Part shown: one piece after another, positions 61,110 to 64,000 of the stretch | Numbering within the stretch: position 1 is the stretch's first letter | How the letters are laid out: each line of letters opens with the position of its first letter | From: an uncultured Thiomicrospira sp. | GTDB lineage: Bacteria; Pseudomonadota; Gammaproteobacteria; CAKMZV01 | Length of the DNA stretch: 64,000 nt | Direction: 5' to 3' | NCBI GenBank assembly: GCA_965195345.1 | Contig: OZ239628.1 | Coordinates: forward strand, 480,001 to 544,000 | The notes under the pieces: model-generated | What the model saw: the letters and a program-made list of their open reading frames with translations, nothing else | Databases searched by the model: none | What the model was told of the DNA's origin: nothing | Made by a program: the position numbers and the translations under genes

Positions 61110-61138
61110 AGTGTACTCAATTAAAGCGGGTTTATCAA
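61110..61138 (-). promoter_or_regulatory. Probable ilvIHC promoter
   Basis: Minus strand TTGATA, 17 bp, TACACT. Confidence 0.6.
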
Positions 61139-61640
61139 CCAAAAAACGCTAAAAACCTATATTTTAAGGTGCTTTTTTGTTCCTTTCATGAATTTCAATC
61201 TATGCTAATAAGTTTCTTGGCAAATGTATCTTCTTTGCGCCAATTATTTTCACACCATGTGTTGGAAATAGTTATTTCGAAAAGACTAAAAAAATCACTT
61301 TAGCCTTAGTCTAACTTATAAAACCACAAGATTAAGTTGTTCTAATAATCAACTGTCCTAAAGAATTGAACTCTTAATTTTATATGTCTTAATTTTTTGG
61401 ATATTGCTTGGATTTAATAAACAAGTAGTACAGCCTATGCGGGATATTTGTTTGTGAGATCATTTATGTAAAGGAAATGAAACATTAGAACGTTCAAAGT
61501 TATATGAAGTGAATGTATTGTTATTGTGTATGCGATTGCAATTTATTTCGACGGAAGGGAACTAATGATAGAATCCGTAGTATTTGACGAATGAGCAGGT
61601 TGAAAGTTTTGGAATTATCCTTTTAAAAGGCGGTTTAAAA

Positions 61641-62372
61641 TTGAATAGAATATTGAGTTTATTGTTTTTAAGTATTTTTTCGGCAGCGGCGTACGCTGAT
61701 TTATGGACGTTCGAAAGCGGAAGTAAGCGCGTTCAGCTTATAGAGCTTTTCACATCGCAAGGATGTTCAAGTTGTCCCCCAGCTGAAAAGTGGATGAATA
61801 ATTTGTTGGATCATCCTGGTTTGTGGGAAAGCTTTGTACCGGTAGCGTTTCACGTTGATTATTGGGATTATTTGGGTTGGAAGGATCCTTATTCAAGGCA
61901 GAAATATAGTAAACGGCAACGTTTACACAGACAGTTTCTTAATGTGAGCTCGGTTTATACTCCGGGTTTTCTAATAAATGGTCGCGAATGGAAAGGTTTT
62001 TTTGTCGGCGATTCTCCTCGTTTTATAAAAGGTGCAGCTCCTAATCTCAAAGTAAGCGTTGATGATAAAAAAATCAAGGTCAAAATGGAAGGCGCAAATG
62101 ATTTATTTACAGTCAATGTGGCGGTGTTAGGGTTTGGTCTTAATGATGCCGTCACAAGCGGTGAAAATGGAGGGCGCCAATTAAAGGGTGAATTCATTGT
62201 GCTTGAATTTAAACAAAGCACTTCTTCGAAAGGTGAATGGGTTGTTAATCTGCCTTCTCGAATCAATATAGGGGAGACAGAGAAGCTAGCACTTGCAGTT
62301 TGGGTTACTGATCCTTTTCAACGACCTATTCAATCCGCAGGACAATGGGCTCCAAAACACTGGATTCAGTAG
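61641..62372 (+). CDS. DUF1223 exported thioredoxin-fold protein
   Basis: ELFTSQGCSSCPPA, FHVDYWDYLGWKDP, VYTP, GENGGR; TTG 61641 gives a clean signal peptide. Confidence 0.88.
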   Translation: MNRILSLLFLSIFSAAAYADLWTFESGSKRVQLIELFTSQGCSSCPPAEKWMNNLLDHPGLWESFVPVAFHVDYWDYLGWKDPYSRQKYSKRQRLHRQFLNVSSVYTPGFLINGREWKGFFVGDSPRFIKGAAPNLKVSVDDKKIKVKMEGANDLFTVNVAVLGFGLNDAVTSGENGGRQLKGEFIVLEFKQSTSSKGEWVVNLPSRINIGETEKLALAVWVTDPFQRPIQSAGQWAPKHWIQ

Positions 62373-62514
62373 TCGCTATTGAACTCTTCCAAATTATTTT
62401 TTTCGGGTATATGTGAAACACATCTTGAATGGATATGATTTTTGTCGTGATGATTATTTAGACTTTCATGTCAATTGTTAAAAAAATACCCAGTATTAAA
62501 CGGAAATTAAAACT

Positions 62515-63273
62515 GTGATTGAATCTATACAAATTTGGGATTTAGTCCTGTTGGGCATTGTTGGAGTAGTCAGTGGATGGATGAATGTGATGGCAGGCGG
62601 AGGGTCGATGTTAACAGTACCTTTAATGTTATTTATGGGTATATCAGGACCGGTTGCTAACGGCACTAATCGTATTGGCATCATATTTCAGAACGTAGCC
62701 GCAGTATATGGTTTTTTTCGCAAAGGGTTTTCCGATTTTAAATTAAGTCTTACCTTAGCGGGTTGCGCTTCTATTGGAGCAATAGGAGGCGCTTCGATTG
62801 GGGTGAATCTTGAAGGCGTTTGGTTTAATTACTTATTAGCGGTAATAATGTTGTCGGTTATGATTTTAACGGCACTGGGTGGCGAAAAGAAAGTAGAGAA
62901 TAAAGCAGGACGCAGTAAAAATTTAATTGTTGGACATATTTTGATGGTATTTGCAGGCGTTTGGGGTGGGTTCATTCAAATCGGGGTGGGCTTTATTTTA
63001 ATGCCTATTCTTAATCGTGTAATGGGATTGGACTTGGTGCGTACTAATATGCACAAAGTGTTTATCGCATTAAGTTATTCTTTATTTGCTCTATCCATCT
63101 TTGCTTCTAAAGTTGGTGTATTGTGGAGTGCAGGAATTGCACTTGCAGTCGGAACAATGATTGGAGGATATGTTGGCGCACATACCAGCGTATCGAAAGG
63201 AGAAAAATGGATTAAAGGGGTGCTCTATATCGTTTTGTCTGCGCTGATCATTAAATTGCTATTTTTCAGTTAA
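62515..63273 (+). CDS. TauE/SafE (TSUP) family membrane protein
   Basis: AGGGSMLTVP, ANGTNR, GGFIQIGVG. Confidence 0.88.
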   Translation: MIESIQIWDLVLLGIVGVVSGWMNVMAGGGSMLTVPLMLFMGISGPVANGTNRIGIIFQNVAAVYGFFRKGFSDFKLSLTLAGCASIGAIGGASIGVNLEGVWFNYLLAVIMLSVMILTALGGEKKVENKAGRSKNLIVGHILMVFAGVWGGFIQIGVGFILMPILNRVMGLDLVRTNMHKVFIALSYSLFALSIFASKVGVLWSAGIALAVGTMIGGYVGAHTSVSKGEKWIKGVLYIVLSALIIKLLFFS

Positions 63274-63824
63274 ATTCCGTATTTGTGTTTTTCAGTAATT
63301 ATTGTATGGGGTTTTATATCCCAAGATTCGCTAGGCAGTCTATGCGTCTTTTGAACCTCCAATGCTAGACCGATTCTTTTGACAGCATGAACGTTTCTTT
63401 TGGCAAAGGTTCGATCGTAAAAACCTCCGCCCATTCCTAAACGATTTAATTGGACATCAAAGCCTACAAGTGGCATGCCGACAATATTGAGATGATGTAT
63501 ATGCAAACAATATCCTGATTTGGGTTCTAAAACGCCTAAAGCGTGTTGTGTATAACTTCCAAGGAAAAAGGGCGCACGACGAAATTTCAATACGTCCTTT
63601 GATACAACTGGGAAGTATATCTTTTTACCAAGCTTGCGCAGAGTATTTATCAGAGGAATAATGGGAACTTCTTCTTTTAAAGGATGGAAAAGGGCGATGC
63701 GATTGCAATGAAAAGCATTTTTTGCTTGTTTAACAAGCAGCAATTGCAAGCGCCTTTTATCTTTTTCAATGTTTTGGCGGCGCATTGCCCGAAGTTTTTT
63801 TCTTAGGGTGTCTCTGGCGTTCAA
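63270..63824 (-). CDS. ygfA: 5-formyltetrahydrofolate cyclo-ligase
   Basis: PLVGFD...RLGMGGGFYDR, WDI. Start moved to TTG 63824 because the longer ORF runs into 6S RNA. Confidence 0.9.
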   Translation of the reverse strand: MNARDTLRKKLRAMRRQNIEKDKRRLQLLLVKQAKNAFHCNRIALFHPLKEEVPIIPLINTLRKLGKKIYFPVVSKDVLKFRRAPFFLGSYTQHALGVLEPKSGYCLHIHHLNIVGMPLVGFDVQLNRLGMGGGFYDRTFAKRNVHAVKRIGLALEVQKTHRLPSESWDIKPHTIITEKHKYGI

Positions 63825-63864
63825 GGCTGTATTAGAGTAGGAGTGAAAAAGCAGGATAATTAAA

Positions 63865-64000
63865 AGCCCCACGGTGTCGCTCAGGAAGAGGAACCTTGAA
63901 CCTAAGTTCAAGGTGGGATAAATCCTGAGTGCTTAAGAAAAAACCACTAAGGTTTTTAACACCACGCTCAGATCAAAATCCCTCATACAAAATTTTAAGG
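63865..64000 (-). ncRNA. ssrS: 6S RNA (5' end outside the window)
   Basis: Minus strand CCCACCTTGAAC-TTAG-GTTCAAGG...GCGACACCGTGGGG directly upstream of ygfA, the canonical ssrS-ygfA arrangement. Confidence 0.85.

Noticed and set aside
61140-61580. Long AT-rich intergenic region
   Set aside because: No ORF, repeat or RNA motif that I can support.
63825-63911. Hydrophobic N-terminal extension on ygfA
   Set aside because: It overlaps the 6S RNA 3' region and is an ORF-calling artefact.

Overview
AT-rich chromosomal window from a gammaproteobacterium (judged from rpsB-tsf-pyrH-frr...bamA-lpxD-fabZ-lpxA-lpxB synteny, hflD, a t44-type rpsB leader and 6S RNA-ygfA). It starts at what looks like the tRNA-derived end of an integrated element. 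Next come an hglS (DUF1338) amino-acid catabolism cluster and a metal-handling block. That block has a TroA/TroB/TroC ABC importer whose permease carries a fused DtxR-like domain, a separate divergent DtxR, and an MNIO (DUF692/DUF2063) RiPP cluster whose exported precursor has nine 15-aa repeats (18 EGKCG motifs). A divergent run of FMN/Fe-S glutamate-synthase-like gene, DoxX, apt, luxS and mtnN follows. The rest is mostly housekeeping (str operon, bamD/rluD/pgeF, radC, rpsB to rnhB without dxr, purMN, infA, nrdAB, ilvIHC, ygfA, 6S RNA) plus a large S8 protease. Signals the ORF track does not show: NrdB carries the Asp->Glu and Tyr->Phe substitutions diagnostic of class Ic (Mn/Fe) ribonucleotide reductases; a frameshifted VOC/glyoxalase pseudogene lies before rpsL; radC has a degenerate tandem 3' copy; there are paired NrdR boxes and several candidate operators and leaders. 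All family calls are from motif recognition only; no searches were run.
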